DNA from: Casimicrobiaceae bacterium
GTDB taxonomy: Bacteria > Pseudomonadota > Gammaproteobacteria > Burkholderiales > Casimicrobiaceae
Assembly (NCBI GenBank): GCA_035278845.1
Contig: DATEIQ010000079.1
Location: 1 to 60,383 of the forward strand
DNA: 60,383 bases
Direction: 5' to 3'
Shown piece by piece: positions 42,219-51,999 of the stretch. Each line of letters begins with the position of its first letter. Position 1 is the first letter of the stretch. The translations under genes and the position numbers were made by a program. The notes beneath the pieces were generated by a model, which ran no database searches, was not told the DNA's origin, and saw nothing but the letters and a program-made list of their open reading frames with translations.

Positions 42219-43955
42219 GTGGTGAGCTTCGCGCTGCACGGCATCGGCGTCTCCCGCGGCATCGCCATCGGGCGGGCGCAGCTCGTGTCGCATGCGACGC
42301 GCGAAGTCGCTCATTACACGATTCCACTCACGCAGGTCCCTGCCGAGATCGAGCGGTTCGAGACCGCGATCGCGGAAGTGCAGCGCGAGCTCGAGGGCCT
42401 GCACGCCGCGCTCACGAGCGGAGACGCGCCAGGCGAGTTCGGCGCATTCCTCGACGTGCACTGGATGATCCTGAACGACCCGACGCTGTCCGAAGCGCCG
42501 AAGCGGATCATCGCCGAGCAGCGCTGCAATGCCGAGTGGGCGCTCACCATCCAGATGGGCGTGCTGGTCGAGCAGTTCGAGCAGATCGAGGATTCGTACC
42601 TGCGCGAGCGCAAGGCGGACGTCGTGCAGGTCGGCGAGCGCGTGCTGAAGCGGCTGATGGGGCGTCCCGGCATGCTGCCGGCGCCGGGCGCCGAGGAGCA
42701 GACAATCCTGGTGGCGCACGACCTGTCGCCGGCCGACGTCATCCAGTTCAAGCACCATCGCTTCGCGGCGTTCCTGACCGATCTCGGCGGCATCACGTCG
42801 CACACGGCGATCGTCGCGCGCGGCCTCAACGTGCCGGCCGTGGTGGCGACGCATCATGCGCGCCAGCTCATACGCGACGGCGAGATGGTGATCGTCGACG
42901 GCACGAACGACGTCGTCATCGTCAACCCCGACCGTGCGGTCCTCGCCGAATATCGGCTGAAGCAGAACGAGCTCGAGCTCGCGCGGCAGAAGCTGCGGCG
43001 GCTGCGCACCAAGCGCGCCGATACACTCGACGGCATCCACGTCGAGCTTCACGCCAACATCGAGCTGCCGGAGGATATCGAGCAGGCGCTGAAGAACGGT
43101 GCGACCGGCATCGGCCTGTTTCGCTCCGAGTTCCTTTTCCTGAACCGGACCGGATTGCCATCGGAGGACGAGCAGTTCGAGGCATTTCGCAAGGTCGCAG
43201 CCGGCATGCAGGGGATGCCGGTGACTATCCGTACGTTCGACCTCGGTGCCGACAAGCAGCAGGCCGACCTCGAGGGCCTCGCGCGTGTCGCGCCCAATCC
43301 GGCGCTCGGCCTCCGCGCGATTCGGTTCTGCCTCGCCGAGCCGCGGCTTTTCCTGACGCAGTTGCGTGCAATCCTGCGTGCGACGCATTACGGCAACGTG
43401 CGGATCCTGCTGCCGATGCTGGCATCGGCGTCGGAGATCGACCAGGCGCTCGCGATGATCGATCGCGCGCGGGAAAGCCTGCGCGAGCAGAACGTCCCGT
43501 TCAAGCACGACGTCGCAGTCGGTGGAATGATCGAAATTCCCGCGGCGGCGCTTGCGATGGGCTCGTTCCTGCGCAAGCTCGATTTCCTGTCGATCGGCAC
43601 CAACGACCTGATCCAGTACACGCTCGCCGTCGACCGCGCCGACGAGGCGGTGTCTCATCTCTACGATCCGCTCCATCCCGCGGTGCTGCGCCTGATCGGG
43701 CTCGCGATCGGCACGGCGACGAAGGCCAAGGTGCCGGTCGCCGTCTGCGGCGAAATGGCGGGCGAGCAGCGACTCACGCGCATGCTCCTGGGTCTCGGTC
43801 TGCGTGAATTCTCGATGCATCCGTCGCATCTGCTCGGCGTCAAGCAGCGCGTGCTGCAGACCGACGTCGCGGCGACCCACGCGCTCGTCGAGCGCATCCG
43901 GCGGGCCGAGGAGCCCGAGAAGCTTGCAGCGCTGATCGACAAGCTGAACGCCTGA
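42219..43955 (+). CDS. ptsI: PTS enzyme I
   Basis: GGITSHTAIVAR, GIGLFRSEF, NPALGLRAIR, SIGTNDLIQY, CGEMAG. Confidence 0.97.
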   Translation: MVSFALHGIGVSRGIAIGRAQLVSHATREVAHYTIPLTQVPAEIERFETAIAEVQRELEGLHAALTSGDAPGEFGAFLDVHWMILNDPTLSEAPKRIIAEQRCNAEWALTIQMGVLVEQFEQIEDSYLRERKADVVQVGERVLKRLMGRPGMLPAPGAEEQTILVAHDLSPADVIQFKHHRFAAFLTDLGGITSHTAIVARGLNVPAVVATHHARQLIRDGEMVIVDGTNDVVIVNPDRAVLAEYRLKQNELELARQKLRRLRTKRADTLDGIHVELHANIELPEDIEQALKNGATGIGLFRSEFLFLNRTGLPSEDEQFEAFRKVAAGMQGMPVTIRTFDLGADKQQADLEGLARVAPNPALGLRAIRFCLAEPRLFLTQLRAILRATHYGNVRILLPMLASASEIDQALAMIDRARESLREQNVPFKHDVAVGGMIEIPAAALAMGSFLRKLDFLSIGTNDLIQYTLAVDRADEAVSHLYDPLHPAVLRLIGLAIGTATKAKVPVAVCGEMAGEQRLTRMLLGLGLREFSMHPSHLLGVKQRVLQTDVAATHALVERIRRAEEPEKLAALIDKLNA

Positions 43956-44100
43956 CTTTGGGGTCGGAGCGATAAGTCGACTTCGGGGTCAGAGCAATAA
44001 GTCACGCGACGACCTGTCAGCCGAAGTCAAAATACTGGCCGCGTGACTTATTGCTCTGACCCCGAAGTCAAGCGCGACTTATTGCTCTGACCCCAAAGTC
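43954..44100. repeat. Composite palindromic repeat element, copy 2 (core inverted relative to copy 1)
   Basis: Direct units 43954-43978 and 43979-44003, core 44004-44044, inverted units 44045-44069 and 44076-44100 separated by AAGCGC. Confidence 0.95.
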
Positions 44101-44163
44101 GGGCCGGAATGAGTGGGCGGGCGCGGCTGTTCGCGCTTCGTGTTGCAAACGACGTGCCGCTCC

Positions 44164-44655
44164 ATGCGCGAAATCTTCGTTACAGTGCTCGTGGCCGTGC
44201 TGGTGTCCGCGCCCGCATTCGCCGCGCGCAGCGGTGAGGCCGCCCCTTCGTTCGCGCTGGCGACCGCTGCGGGCGACACCGTCGAACTCGCGCAGCTGCG
44301 CGGCCGCGTCGTTTACGTCGATTTCTGGGCGTCGTGGTGTACGCCGTGCAAGCGCTCGTTTCCGTGGATGAACGAGCTCGACGCGCGTTACCGCGACAGC
44401 GGCCTCACGATCGTCGCCATCAACGTGGACAAACGGCGAGACGACGCGATGCGGTTTCTGCGCGACGTTCCCGCGCGGTTCACCGTCGTGTTCGACGCGG
44501 AAGGCAAAACGCCTGCCGTGTTCGACGTCAAGGGCATGCCGAGTTCGTACCTGATCGACCGGGAAGGTCGTGTCGCCGCCGTCGAGGAAGGCTTCCACGA
44601 CGAGCGCGCCGCCGTGATCGAGCAACGCATTCGAGCGTTGCTCGATCGGAAATGA
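44164..44655 (+). CDS. TlpA-family thioredoxin-like disulfide reductase
   Basis: Signal peptide; VDFWASWCTPC; GMPSSYLIDREG. Confidence 0.93.
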   Translation: MREIFVTVLVAVLVSAPAFAARSGEAAPSFALATAAGDTVELAQLRGRVVYVDFWASWCTPCKRSFPWMNELDARYRDSGLTIVAINVDKRRDDAMRFLRDVPARFTVVFDAEGKTPAVFDVKGMPSSYLIDREGRVAAVEEGFHDERAAVIEQRIRALLDRK

Positions 44656-44659
44656 ATCG

Positions 44660-44938
44660 ATGACGCCGTCGACCGCGACGAACGCGGTTCGTGCGCATGC
44701 GGGTCGTTTGCGCTGTGCGTACCGTGCCATGCTCGCGGCGATTGCCGTCGCAAGCATGGTCGCCGGCTGCGCGACATTCGACCCGCCGAAGCCGTGGGAG
44801 AAGGGTGATCTCGCGCGGCCGTCGATGCGCTTCGACGCCGATCCGCTCGCCGCACGCGCAACGGCGCACGTCTACCAAAGCAAGGAAGGTGCGGCAGGTG
44901 GCGGTACGGTCGGCGGCGGCGGATGCGGTTGCAACTGA
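44660..44938 (+). CDS. DUF4266-type small lipoprotein (start may be 44729)
   Basis: VAGC lipobox, KPWEKGDLA, SKEGAAGG, C-terminal GGGGCGCN. Confidence 0.88.
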   Translation: MTPSTATNAVRAHAGRLRCAYRAMLAAIAVASMVAGCATFDPPKPWEKGDLARPSMRFDADPLAARATAHVYQSKEGAAGGGTVGGGGCGCN

Positions 44939-44977
44939 AGACAGGCGGCGGATGCGGTTGCAACTGAAGACCGGCGG
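44915..44977 (+). repeat. Tandem duplication (period 29) of the DUF4266 3' end
   Basis: GGCGGCGGATGCGGTTGCAACTGAAGAC at 44915-44942 and 44944-44971. Confidence 0.92.
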
Positions 44978-46127
44978 TGCGCCTCCGACCGCCGATGAAA
45001 CAGCGACGGAAACGCCCCGCGTATCGGATCGATCGGCCGCGCTGATCGCCGCCGCACTTGCTTTGCCGGGCATCCTGCCGTCGCACGCGCACGCGCAAAC
45101 CGCGTCGGACGAAGGCGTCGTCGCGCTGCGCTACCTCGACTATCGCGACTGGCAGCCGGGCGCGCGTCGGATGACAGTGCGCAACCCTTCGCTGTACGCG
45201 CTCTTGCCGCTCGGCAGCTCGTATGCGTTCGAAGGCTCGGTCATCTACGACGCGATGTCCGGCGCGTCACCGCTCGATCACGACACGCTGTCCGGTGCCT
45301 CGGGTCTCGGCATCACCGACTATCGCACCGCGGCCGACGCCCGGCTGACGAAATACATCGATGGCAACGCACTCGCGTTCGGCGTTGCCGGATCGTACGA
45401 GCGGGACTACAAGTCGCGTGCGGCGTCGTTCGAGTGGCGGCGCGCGAGCGCCGATCGCAACACCACGCTCGCCATCGGACTCGCGGCCACCCGCGACAGC
45501 ATCGACAGCGTCAACGGCGCCGCGAGGAACAGGCATCGGGAAACGTACGGCCTGCTGGTCGGCATCACGCAGGTGCTTTCGAGCGATTCGCTGCTCGAAT
45601 CGAGCGTCACATGGTCCGATGGTCGCGGCTACTATTCCGATCCGTACAAGCTGCTCGACGCGCGTCCGGACCGGCGCCGAATCGTAGCCTGGCTCACGCG
45701 CTACAACCGCTACCTGCCGCAACCGGATGCGACGCTGCGCGTAGCCTATCGGTACCTCGACGATTCGTTCGGCGATCGGTCGCACATGGTCGAGGCCTCT
45801 TGGATGCAGACGCTGCCGAAGGGTTTCACGCTGACGCCGACACTGCGCTACTACACGCAGGGGGCGGCGTATTTCTATCGCGATCCGCCATATCCGGAAG
45901 GCTTCGTGCAGGGTGAGCCGTACACGGCCGATACGCGTCTTTCGGCATACGGCGCCATCACCGCGGGGCTGCGGCTCGCCAAAGCGTTTCCGGGCGGCGT
46001 GACGGCCGACGTCGCATTCACGTTCTATCGCCAGCGTGCCGGTTGGCGCGCTGGCGGGGATGGCAGCCCCGGCCTGCTCGAATTCTCGGCGCGCTGGATC
46101 GAGCTCGGTCTCGAGAAGCGGTTCTGA
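44952..46127 (+). CDS. DUF3570-type outer-membrane beta-barrel protein with two flavinylation-like motifs
   Basis: DAMSGAS and DTLSGAS; aromatic alternating strands; C-terminal Phe (LEKRF); context TlpA-DUF4266-ApbE. Confidence 0.82.
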   Translation: MRLQLKTGGAPPTADETATETPRVSDRSAALIAAALALPGILPSHAHAQTASDEGVVALRYLDYRDWQPGARRMTVRNPSLYALLPLGSSYAFEGSVIYDAMSGASPLDHDTLSGASGLGITDYRTAADARLTKYIDGNALAFGVAGSYERDYKSRAASFEWRRASADRNTTLAIGLAATRDSIDSVNGAARNRHRETYGLLVGITQVLSSDSLLESSVTWSDGRGYYSDPYKLLDARPDRRRIVAWLTRYNRYLPQPDATLRVAYRYLDDSFGDRSHMVEASWMQTLPKGFTLTPTLRYYTQGAAYFYRDPPYPEGFVQGEPYTADTRLSAYGAITAGLRLAKAFPGGVTADVAFTFYRQRAGWRAGGDGSPGLLEFSARWIELGLEKRF

Positions 46128-47065
46128 TGCTCGCCGCGCCTACGATGGAAGAGCAGGCGTACCGCTATGCGTTCGTCGCGATGGCGTCGCGGCACGAGCT
46201 GCATGTGTTCGCGCCGGACCGCGCGCAGGCCGATCGCGCCGCGCGTGAAGCGATCGCGGACGTGCTGCGCATCGAGGCCAAGTACACGCGCTATCGCGAC
46301 ACGAGCGTCACGTCGGCGATCAATCGGAATGCTGGCGGCGACGAAGTGGCCATCGACGCCGAAACCGTCGCGCTGTTGCGCTATGCCGACAGCTGCCACG
46401 CGCTGAGCGAAGGACGCTTCGACCTGACCTCCGGCGTGCTGCGTCAAGCATGGGACTTCAAGGCGCGGCCGCCGCGGCTTCCGACCGATGCCGAGATCGC
46501 CGCGTTACTCGATCGGATCGGCTGGCCACGCGTCGAGTGGGACGAGCACTCGATCCGGCTGCCGCACGCCGGTATGGAGCTCGACTTCGGCGGCATCGGC
46601 AAGGAATACGCGGCCGATCGCGCGGCGGCAATTCTGCGCGAGCACGGCATCGCCCACGCACTCGTCAACCTCGCGGGCGACCTGCGGGTCATTGGTGCCC
46701 GCCCCGACGGCAGCCCGTGGCGCATCGGCATTCAGCACCCGCGCGAGCCCGGTGGTGTCGTCGCGACGGTCGAGCTCACCGACGGCGCGGTGGCGACGAG
46801 CGGCGATTACGAGCGCTACTTCGAAGTGGACGGCCGGCGGTACTGCCATCTGCTCGATGCGCGTACGGGCCGTCCGGTTGCACACTGGCAGTCGGTGAGC
46901 GTCGTCGCCGACCTTGCGACGCTCGCCGGCAGCTATGCAACGCTCGCGATGCTGCTCGCCGCCGATGCACCCGCGTTCCTCGCGCGCGAGGGTGCACACT
47001 ATCTGGCGATTGCGGCCGACGGTACGATGGCGGGCAACATGCCATTCTCGCGAGGAAAATCATGA
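46127..47065 (+). CDS. apbE: FAD:protein FMN transferase (ApbE family)
   Basis: S.GRFDLT, LDFGGIGKEYAAD, ATSGDYERY, HLLDARTG; ATG overlaps the upstream TGA. Confidence 0.93.
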   Translation: MLAAPTMEEQAYRYAFVAMASRHELHVFAPDRAQADRAAREAIADVLRIEAKYTRYRDTSVTSAINRNAGGDEVAIDAETVALLRYADSCHALSEGRFDLTSGVLRQAWDFKARPPRLPTDAEIAALLDRIGWPRVEWDEHSIRLPHAGMELDFGGIGKEYAADRAAAILREHGIAHALVNLAGDLRVIGARPDGSPWRIGIQHPREPGGVVATVELTDGAVATSGDYERYFEVDGRRYCHLLDARTGRPVAHWQSVSVVADLATLAGSYATLAMLLAADAPAFLAREGAHYLAIAADGTMAGNMPFSRGKS

Positions 47066-47982
47066 CTTCCCCCCAACGCATGCGCGGCGTGCTCGCCCCG
47101 GTGATCACGCCCTTCGACCGCGATCTCGCGCCTGACCCCGACCGCCTGATCCGGCATTGCCGGTGGCTGCTCGAACGCGACGTCGGTCTCGCGGTTTTCG
47201 GGACAAACTCGGAGGCGAACTCGCTATCCGTTCCCGAGAAGCTGCGACTGCTCGACGCGCTGCTCCAAGCCGGCATCCCGCCTTCGCGGATGATGCCCGG
47301 TACCGGGTGCTGCGCGTTTCCCGACACCGTCGAGCTCACGCGGTGCGCCGTCGAGCGCGGTTGCGCGGGCGTGCTGATGCTGCCGCCGTTCTATTACAAG
47401 AATGTCACCGACGACGGCCTGTTCGCAAGCTACGCCGAGGTGATCGAGCGCGTGGGTGATGCGCGGCTGCGTATCTACCTCTATCACATTCCGCCGGTGT
47501 CGCAGGTGCCGATCAGTCTCGCATTGATCGAGCGGCTGCTCGTGCGTTATCCGCAAACGGTGGCGGGCATCAAGGACAGCTCGGGCGATTTCCCCAATAC
47601 GCGCGCGATGCTCGACCGGTTCGCGGCGCAGGGATTTGCCGTGTTCGCGGGCAACGAGACGTTCCTGCTCGCGACGATGCGCGGAGGCGGCGCCGGTACG
47701 ATCAGCGCCATCGCGAACGTCAATCCGGCGGCAATCGCTGCGCTCGCGCGCGATTGGCAACGGCCGGATGCGGACGCACGGCAGGCGGAGGTCGATCGCG
47801 TGCGCAAGGCGTTGGCGTCTTTCCCGATACTCCCCGCGCTCAAGGCGACGGTCGCACATTTTTCCCACGACGATGCATGGGCGCGGCCGCGCCCGCCGCT
47901 CATGGCGCTGTCGGAGGCGGAGCGCGCGCGTTGCATGACGGCGCTTGCCGACATCGGCTTCGCGATGCCCGGGCTCGGCTGA
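47062..47982 (+). CDS. DapA/DHDPS-family aldolase paralog
   Basis: PVITPF, FGTNSE (not GTTGE), PPFYY, YLYHIP, GIKDSSG. Confidence 0.88.
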   Translation: MTSPQRMRGVLAPVITPFDRDLAPDPDRLIRHCRWLLERDVGLAVFGTNSEANSLSVPEKLRLLDALLQAGIPPSRMMPGTGCCAFPDTVELTRCAVERGCAGVLMLPPFYYKNVTDDGLFASYAEVIERVGDARLRIYLYHIPPVSQVPISLALIERLLVRYPQTVAGIKDSSGDFPNTRAMLDRFAAQGFAVFAGNETFLLATMRGGGAGTISAIANVNPAAIAALARDWQRPDADARQAEVDRVRKALASFPILPALKATVAHFSHDDAWARPRPPLMALSEAERARCMTALADIGFAMPGLG

Positions 47983-48010
47983 CGCAATGCCCGGGCTCGG
48001 CTGACGCGAT
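47961..48010 (+). repeat. Tandem duplication (period 22) of the aldolase 3' end
   Basis: CGCGATGCCCGGGCTCGGCTGA / CGCAATGCCCGGGCTCGGCTGA / CGCGAT. Confidence 0.9.
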
Positions 48011-48046
48011 CGGTCGCGCGCCGATCCGGCTAGAATCCGTGGCGCG

Positions 48047-49276
48047 ATGCCATCCTTTTCCGCCACGACCGGCGGCGCCGCGCCGGTCGCCGACGTCGAC
48101 CGTTCCGTCGGCCCCGTCGTTTCCCGCACCGCGCACTTCGACGCGCCGCTTGCGCTCGCATGCGGACGCACGCTGCCGCAATACGATCTCGCGTACGAGA
48201 CGTACGGCGAACTCGACGCGACGCGATCGAACGCGGTGCTCGTCTGCCATGCGCTGAACGCGTCGCATCACGTCGCGGGCTGGTACGCCGACGATCCTGA
48301 CAACGTCGGCTGGTGGGACAACATGGTGGGCCCGGGCAAGCCGCTCGACACCGATCGCTACTTCGTCGTCGGCGTCAACAATCTCGGCAGCTGCTTCGGT
48401 TCGACGGGTCCGCTCTCGATCGATCCGGCAACCGGCTCGCCGTTCGGCAGCAGCTTTCCGCTGATCACCGTCGAGGATTGGGTCGACGCGCAGGCGCAGC
48501 TCGCCGATCGGCTCGGCATCGCGCAATGGGCGGCGGTGATGGGCGGCAGCCTCGGCGGCATGCAGGCGCTCGACTGGGCGATCCGCTATCCGGCGCGCAT
48601 CCGCAACGCGCTGGTCATCGCGGCGGCGCCGAACCTGTCGGCGGAGAACATCGCGTTCAACGAGATCGCGCGCCAGGCGATCATGACCGATCCCGATTTC
48701 CACGACGGCAACTTCGGGGCGCACGGCGTGAAGCCGCGCCGGGGGCTGCGCGTCGCGCGGATGATCGGGCACATCACATACCTGTCCGACGAGCAGATGG
48801 ACGCCAAGTTCGGCCGCCAGCTGCGCGAAGGCATCAACTTCTCGTTCGCGCCGGAATTCCAGATCGAGTCGTACCTGCGCTACCAGGGCGAGAAATTCGC
48901 CGACTACTACGACGCGAACACGTACCTGCGGATCACGAAGGCGCTCGACTATTTCGACCCGGCGACGCGGGAAGGCGGCGACCTCGCGCGCGCGCTCGCC
49001 CACGCCACGTGCAAGCTGCTCGTGATCTCGTTCACCACCGACTGGCGCTTCCCAGCGTCGCGCTCGCGGGAGATCGTCAAGGCGCTCGTGCGCAGGCAGC
49101 GCGACGTCTCCTATGCCGAGATCGCCGCGCCGCACGGCCACGACGCGTTCCTGCTCGACAATCCGCAGTATCACGCCGTCGTGCGCGCGTGGTTCGACCG
49201 TATCGTCACCGACGGTGTCGGAGGTGCAACCCCCGACTTTGGGGTCAGAGCCGTAAGTCCGGATACCGCCGGATGA
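48047..49276 (+). CDS. metX: Homoserine O-acyltransferase
   Basis: [36 protein letters not shown]. Confidence 0.96.
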   Translation: MPSFSATTGGAAPVADVDRSVGPVVSRTAHFDAPLALACGRTLPQYDLAYETYGELDATRSNAVLVCHALNASHHVAGWYADDPDNVGWWDNMVGPGKPLDTDRYFVVGVNNLGSCFGSTGPLSIDPATGSPFGSSFPLITVEDWVDAQAQLADRLGIAQWAAVMGGSLGGMQALDWAIRYPARIRNALVIAAAPNLSAENIAFNEIARQAIMTDPDFHDGNFGAHGVKPRRGLRVARMIGHITYLSDEQMDAKFGRQLREGINFSFAPEFQIESYLRYQGEKFADYYDANTYLRITKALDYFDPATREGGDLARALAHATCKLLVISFTTDWRFPASRSREIVKALVRRQRDVSYAEIAAPHGHDAFLLDNPQYHAVVRAWFDRIVTDGVGGATPDFGVRAVSPDTAG

Positions 49277-49320
49277 GTGCCTGACGTGAGCGCCAGACTT
49301 ACGGCTCTGACCCCAAAGTC
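49235..49320. repeat. Spaced inverted pair of the repeat across the metX/metW junction
   Basis: GACTTTGGGGTCAGAGCCGTAAGTC (49235-49259) and its exact reverse complement (49296-49320), with a 36-nt loop. Confidence 0.95.
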
Positions 49321-49918
49321 GACACCGGGGGTCAACGGCGTCGCCCGGGCCGACTACGCGACGATCGGAGGCTGGGTCGCCGACGGCGCGCGCGTGCTCG
49401 ATCTGGGCTGCGGCGATGGAGCGCTGCTGCAGTTCCTGGCGCGCGAACGGCGCGCGAGCGGGTATGGGATCGAGATCGACGACGCCGGCGTGCTCGCGAG
49501 CGTGCGCAACGGCGTCAACGTGCTGCAGAGCGACCTCGAGCGCGGCCTCGCCGGCTTCGATGACGCGGCCTTCGACGTCGTGCTTCTCTCGCAGACGCTG
49601 CAGGCGATGCGGCGCATCGAGGCAATCGTCGCCGAAATGCTGCGCGTCGGACGCGAGGCGATCGTGACGTTCCCGAACTTCGGCCACTGGTCGCATCGGC
49701 TGCAGGTGCTGCGCGGCCGCATGCCGGTGTCGCCGTCGCTGCCGTACCAGTGGTACGACACGCCGAACATCCATCTCTGCACCGTCGCGGACTTCGACGC
49801 GTTCCTCGCCGAGCGCGGGCATCGCGTGCTCGACCGCGTCGTACTCGCGGGCGGCCGGCCGGTCGCGTTCGCACCGAATCTCATGGGCGAGCTCGCGATC
49901 TACCGGTTCCGCCGATGA
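49277..49918 (+). CDS. metW: Methionine biosynthesis protein MetW
   Basis: RAD..I..W, VLDLGCGDG, LSQTLQA, FPNFGHW, LPYQWYDTPNIH. Confidence 0.95.
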   Translation: MPDVSARLTALTPKSTPGVNGVARADYATIGGWVADGARVLDLGCGDGALLQFLARERRASGYGIEIDDAGVLASVRNGVNVLQSDLERGLAGFDDAAFDVVLLSQTLQAMRRIEAIVAEMLRVGREAIVTFPNFGHWSHRLQVLRGRMPVSPSLPYQWYDTPNIHLCTVADFDAFLAERGHRVLDRVVLAGGRPVAFAPNLMGELAIYRFRR

Positions 49919-51216
49919 AAGGAGCGCCGGAGGTCGTCGACGAAACGGTGACGGCGCCGCGCACGCGCGAGACGTGGCGCGAGGCGCTCTTCAACCGGCG
50001 GATGCTCATCTGCGTCTTCACCGGTTTCTCGTCGGGACTGCCGCTCTACCTGCTGCTCAACCTGCTGCCCGCGTGGCTGCGCACGTCCGGCGTCGATTTG
50101 AAGACGATCGGCTTCTTCGCGCTGATCCAGCTGCCGTACACGTGGAAGTTCCTCTGGTCGCCGCTGCTCGACCGCTACGCGATGCCGCTGCTCGGCCGTC
50201 GTCGCGGCTGGATGCTCGTCACGCAGCTGACACTGCTCATTTCGATACCGCTGTTCGGCATGCTGCATCCCAAGGTGGACATCCTGGCGATTGTCGTGCT
50301 GTCGACGATCGTCGCGTTCTTTTCCGCGAGCCAGGACATCGTGCTCGATGCGTTCCGGCGCGAAATCCTGCCCGACGCCGAGCTCGGGCTCGGCACGTCG
50401 ATTCACGTGAACGCCTACCGGATCTCGAGCCTCGTTCCCGGCGCGCTCGCGCTGATCCTCGCTGACCGGATGCCGTGGTCCTCCGTCTATCTGATCACGG
50501 CGCTCTTCATGCTGCCCGGCATCGCACTCACGCTCGCCGTGCGCGAGCCCGCGCTCGTCAGGGGCCGTCCGCGCACGCTGCGCGAGGCGGTCGTCGAGCC
50601 GTTCCACGAATTCATCACGCGCAACGGCTGGCGCGCCGCCCTGCTGGTGCTGGCGTTCATCTTCCTCTACAAGCTCGGCGACAGCATGGCGACGGCGCTC
50701 GCCACGCCGTTCTACCTGGACATGGGCTTCACGATGACCGACATCGGCGTCATCGCGAAGAACGCGGGCCTGTGGGCGAGCGTCGTTGGCGGCCTGCTCG
50801 GCGGCCTGTGGATGGTGAAGATCGGAATCAACCGCGGGCTGTGGCTGTTCGGCGTCGTTCAGCTCGTATCCATCCTGGGTTTCGCGTGGCTCGCCTATGT
50901 TCAGCAGCCGGATCGCTTGCTGCTCGCGTTCGTCATCGCGTTCGAGGCGCTTGGCGTCGGCCTCGGCACGGCCGCGTTCACCGCCTATATCGCCCGCACG
51001 ACCGATCCCCGCTACACGGCCACGCAATACGCGCTCTTCACGAGCCTCGCCGCCGTGCCGCGCACGGTGATCAACGCGACGACCGGCTGGATCGTCGAGC
51101 GGCTGGGGTGGTTCGACTTCTATTTGTTGTGTACCGTATTGGCGCTGCCCGGCATGCTGCTGCTCTTGCGCGTGGCACCGTGGCGCGAGGAGCCTGCCGC
51201 TCGCCCTGCAGATTGA
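49915..51216 (+). CDS. ampG: AmpG-family muropeptide MFS transporter
   Basis: GFSSGLP, PYTWKFLWSP, GRRRGW, SASQDIVLDA, LYKLGD, TATQYAL. Confidence 0.9.
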   Translation: MKGAPEVVDETVTAPRTRETWREALFNRRMLICVFTGFSSGLPLYLLLNLLPAWLRTSGVDLKTIGFFALIQLPYTWKFLWSPLLDRYAMPLLGRRRGWMLVTQLTLLISIPLFGMLHPKVDILAIVVLSTIVAFFSASQDIVLDAFRREILPDAELGLGTSIHVNAYRISSLVPGALALILADRMPWSSVYLITALFMLPGIALTLAVREPALVRGRPRTLREAVVEPFHEFITRNGWRAALLVLAFIFLYKLGDSMATALATPFYLDMGFTMTDIGVIAKNAGLWASVVGGLLGGLWMVKIGINRGLWLFGVVQLVSILGFAWLAYVQQPDRLLLAFVIAFEALGVGLGTAAFTAYIARTTDPRYTATQYALFTSLAAVPRTVINATTGWIVERLGWFDFYLLCTVLALPGMLLLLRVAPWREEPAARPAD

Positions 51217-51237
51217 CCGGCGCAACGTTTCGAAGCG

Positions 51238-51999
51238 ATGATGAACCGGCAGAAATTCAGCGCGATCGCGCACCGCGACCACGACTATTGCAATCCGATC
51301 TCGGCTGCCAAGGTCGAGCGCGTGCTCGACCTTTTGCCGCTCGATGCGAGCTCGCGCGTGCTCGACCTGGGCTGCGGACGCGCCGAGCTCGCGCTGCGCA
51401 TCATCGAGCGCTTCGGCGCGCGCGTGATGGCCATCGACAATTCATCGCTGATGCTCGACGCCGCGCGCGAGCGCGCGCAATGGACCGGCGCGCTCGGTCG
51501 GCTGCACCTCGACAACGTCGACATCGCCGAATTCCAGGCAGATCCCGAAACGTTCCACCTGACGGTGATGCTCGGCGCCGGCGGTATCCCGGGCGGCATG
51601 GCCGGCATCTGCCGCCATCTGAAGTCGTGGACCAAGTCGGGCGGCTACGTGCTGATCGGCGAAGGCTTTTGGGCGAAGCGGCCGCATCCGCACTATCTGT
51701 CGTTCCTGGGTGGCGATCGCGGACAGTACCTGAAGCACGCCGGCAACGTGCAGGCGGGAATCGATGCGGGCCTCATACCGATGCACGCGACGACCGCGAC
51801 CAGCGACGAATGGGACGAATACGAGTGGAAGTACTGCCGCTCGATCGAGCGTTACGCGCGCGAGAAGCCGGACGATCCCGACGTGCCGGAGATGCTGGTC
51901 GAGATCCGCCGCTGGCGCGACGCGTATCTGCGCTGGGGGCGTGACACGCTGGGCTTCGCGATCTACTTGTTCTATCGCCCGGGGCCGTTCGTCGGCTGA
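51238..51999 (+). CDS. Class I SAM-dependent methyltransferase
   Basis: CNP, VLDLGCGRAE, GEGFW, WDEYE, DTLGF. Confidence 0.88.
   Translation: MMNRQKFSAIAHRDHDYCNPISAAKVERVLDLLPLDASSRVLDLGCGRAELALRIIERFGARVMAIDNSSLMLDAARERAQWTGALGRLHLDNVDIAEFQADPETFHLTVMLGAGGIPGGMAGICRHLKSWTKSGGYVLIGEGFWAKRPHPHYLSFLGGDRGQYLKHAGNVQAGIDAGLIPMHATTATSDEWDEYEWKYCRSIERYAREKPDDPDVPEMLVEIRRWRDAYLRWGRDTLGFAIYLFYRPGPFVG

Noticed and set aside
47062-47982. Annotation as true dapA
   Set aside because: GTNSE replaces GTTGE; better treated as a DapA-family paralog of unknown substrate.
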